A stretch of 64,000 nucleotides of DNA, from contig JBHGNT010000009.1 in assembly GCA_043228905.1 (NCBI GenBank), positions 17,236,001 to 17,300,000 on the forward strand. Reading direction: 5' to 3'. The position numbers and the translations under genes are program-made. Below are positions 62,101 through 64,000 of this stretch, piece by piece. The stretch comes from Azolla caroliniana (Eukaryota; Plantae; Polypodiophyta). The notes beneath the pieces are model-generated. The model was not told the DNA's origin. It ran no database searches and saw only the letters and a list, made by a program, of their open reading frames with translations. Numbering within the stretch: position 1 is the stretch's first letter; the number at the start of each line of letters is the position of its first letter.

Positions 62101-63235
62101 AGGCCACATCATCCCTTAGAATCGGCCAATTGATGGCTAATTAAAAAGGAAAGTGGCATATGTAAGCTACATATACCTTGTCAAGGCCACAACATCCCAT
62201 AGAATCGGCCAATTGATGGCTTAATAGAGAGTAGAGTGGCATAGGTAGGCAACATACACCTCGTCAAGGCCACATCATCCCTTAGAATCGGCCAAGTGAT
62301 GGCTCAATAGAGGGGAAGAGTGGTATACTCAACATCATATGCAAAACGGCCATGAGATAAGCGTGTGCGATTAGAGCAAACACGCTCGACCCAATGCACA
62401 AGAATAATTATTATCGTAAGAGTTCAAGAGAGGAGAGAGTGGGATATATATCGCAATATGCAAAAGGCCATGAGTTGAGCGTGTGCGATTAGTGCAAACA
62501 CGCTCGGCCCGATGCATAATAATAAGTAAAATCGTAGCATAGTAGGAGGTAGAAAGAAAGAGAATAAAACGTAATACCAATTTGATTCGACCATAAAGAA
62601 CGCATAATAGAAAAAGAGAAGAGATCAAAAAAGAAGAATACCGGGTTTAGAGTGTTGTTTTGATCCTGAGAAGAGCATGACGAGCCTTGTTAGATCCCCC
62701 TCGCTCACACGCAAAAAACATCAAAACAACAAAAAAATTGTTAGTAAAAGCTCTGATACCACTGTTAAGAGTCTATTACTAATCAATAGACCAAATCAAG
62801 TAAAAAGGAAGAAAATAGATTGGATAGAAGAACCCGTTCCACCCGACCACCCCCGAGCTATGATCTAGACATAGCCAACCTACCACGGACGTCCCATACC
62901 GTCGGATATTAGGATGACTAATACCTTGGAAGAGATAAACACGATCGTCGAGACGAAAGCCTAGCCCGCACCACCGGTGTCTACGACAGCAGCCTTCCGA
63001 CGTGATTCCCCTATGAGGGTAGCTAAGCCTCATATTTATACCTTTTCCTAGGCCCCTTGAATAGATGTGCCTTTCTAAAAGGCTCTCTATTCATTGGTTG
63101 TCTAAATCATGATAGTGCATGCACATATCATTCATTCTATCCAATCATTAGTCCCCTTTTTAATAATAGTGAACATACCCTTCACTAATGTAAATATTAG
63201 TGACCTACCCTCACCAACGTTATGTGTACATAACA
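56118..63235 (-). mobile_element. Young chromoviral Ty3/gypsy (Reina/Tekay-like); LTRs 56118-56590 and 62763-63235; TSD CTTCG
   Basis: The 473-bp LTRs have 3 visible mismatches. TSD at 56113-56117 and 63236-63240, iMet PBS at about 62750-62761. Gag CAYCKKRGHTKDTC, protease LFDSGSSHNF, RT, RNase H (ETDASDYAIG), integrase, and a chromodomain (PERILDSR...IKW...ATWE). Confidence 0.97.
62009..62330 (-). repeat. About 83-bp tandem repeat (4 units) in the chromovirus 5' UTR
   Basis: TAGAATCGGCCAA recurs at about 62034, 62117, 62200 and 62284. Confidence 0.9.
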
Positions 63236-64000
63236 CTTCGTGACGTTCATAGACAACCACAGCCAGAAGTTGTGGGCCACACCGCTGAAGACGAAGGATC
63301 AAGTGTTATCCGTCTTCAAGGAGCTCCACGCGAGAGTGGAAAGAGAAACCGACCGGAAGCTGAAGGCGGTTCGAGCAAATAACGGAGGAGAATATCCAGG
63401 GCAGTTCGAGGAGTATTGCTGCTCGAAGGGAGTTCGGCTCAAATTTACCGTGCCGAAGACGCCGGAACTCAATGGGCTAGCCGAGAGGATGAACTGGACC
63501 ATAATGGAGAGGGTCCGGAGTATGCTAGCACATGCAAAGTTACCCAAGACGTTTTGGGTTGAGGCGTTGGCGACAACGACGTACGTGATAAACAGATCAC
63601 CCTCAGTGCCCTTGGACGGAGACACGCCACAGAGAGTGTGGACCAGTAAGGAAGTGCCTTACCGGCATTTGAAGGTGTTCGAGTGTCTCGCTTACGTGCA
63701 TGTTGCAAAGGACCGGAGAGCAAAGTTGGATCCCAAGTCCCGGCCTTGCATATTCCTCGGATATGGCGATGGTGAGTTCAACTACCAAGTGTGGGATTTG
63801 GTCGACAAGAAGGTTTTTCGGAGTCGAGATATTATCTTCATGGAGGACAATGCCCTTGCTGACTAGGAGTCGGAGAAGAAGATGATGAACTCCGAGTCGA
63901 CCGGTAAGGATCGGTTCGATGAGGTACGGACCTACCCGGCTAAGAGCCGGTTGACACTTGAAGAACCGGCCGGTTACGGAGAGGAAACCGAACCGACCAA

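Larger units (their letters stand above)
47319..64000 (+). mobile_element. Ty1/copia element C (Tnt1/Tork-like), host of two nested insertions; 5' LTR 47319-47858; runs off the window
   Basis: LTR TGTTAT...GTCA and PBS TGGTATCAGAGC at 47862. Gag starts MEESFGGMFKLTGSNYSVWK and resumes at 54735 (LLLGSLPDSW, CFYCGKTRHF, WVVDSGASFH). Integrase resumes at 63236 (TPELNGLAERMN). Confidence 0.92.

Noticed and set aside
62009-62330. Hammerhead ribozyme or retrozyme repeats
   Set aside because: CTTGACGAG only approximates CUGANGA, and no correctly placed GAAA core follows.

Overview
Eukaryotic, land-plant nuclear DNA. The Tcn1-like chromovirus and the tRNA-Trp-primed non-chromoviral Ty3/gypsy elements suggest a non-seed plant such as a fern or lycophyte (inference). 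Host genes: an intronless mTERF (2219-4099, +), tRNA-Leu(CAA) (6024-6107, -), a small secreted IDA/IDL-like peptide precursor (7502-7858, +) and a 4-exon LONGIFOLIA/TRM gene (31404-35330, +). Most of the rest is retrotransposon: a Trp-primed Ty3/gypsy whose LTR carries a 104-bp tandem array, a chromovirus, and from about 39.7 kb a multi-level nest of LINE, copia, gypsy and solo-LTR insertions with recoverable target-site duplications (TSDs). The most striking pattern is that three related LTRs (TGTYRTGA...CGACA) each end immediately before the same non-palindromic 4-mer CCGT, in the same orientation. One has a full CCGT TSD. The 104-bp array inside one family member's LTR carries CCGT in its unit consensus and has itself been hit by a relative. 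This suggests a sequence-specific gypsy lineage that carries its own landing pads. All comparisons were done by eye; no database searches were run.
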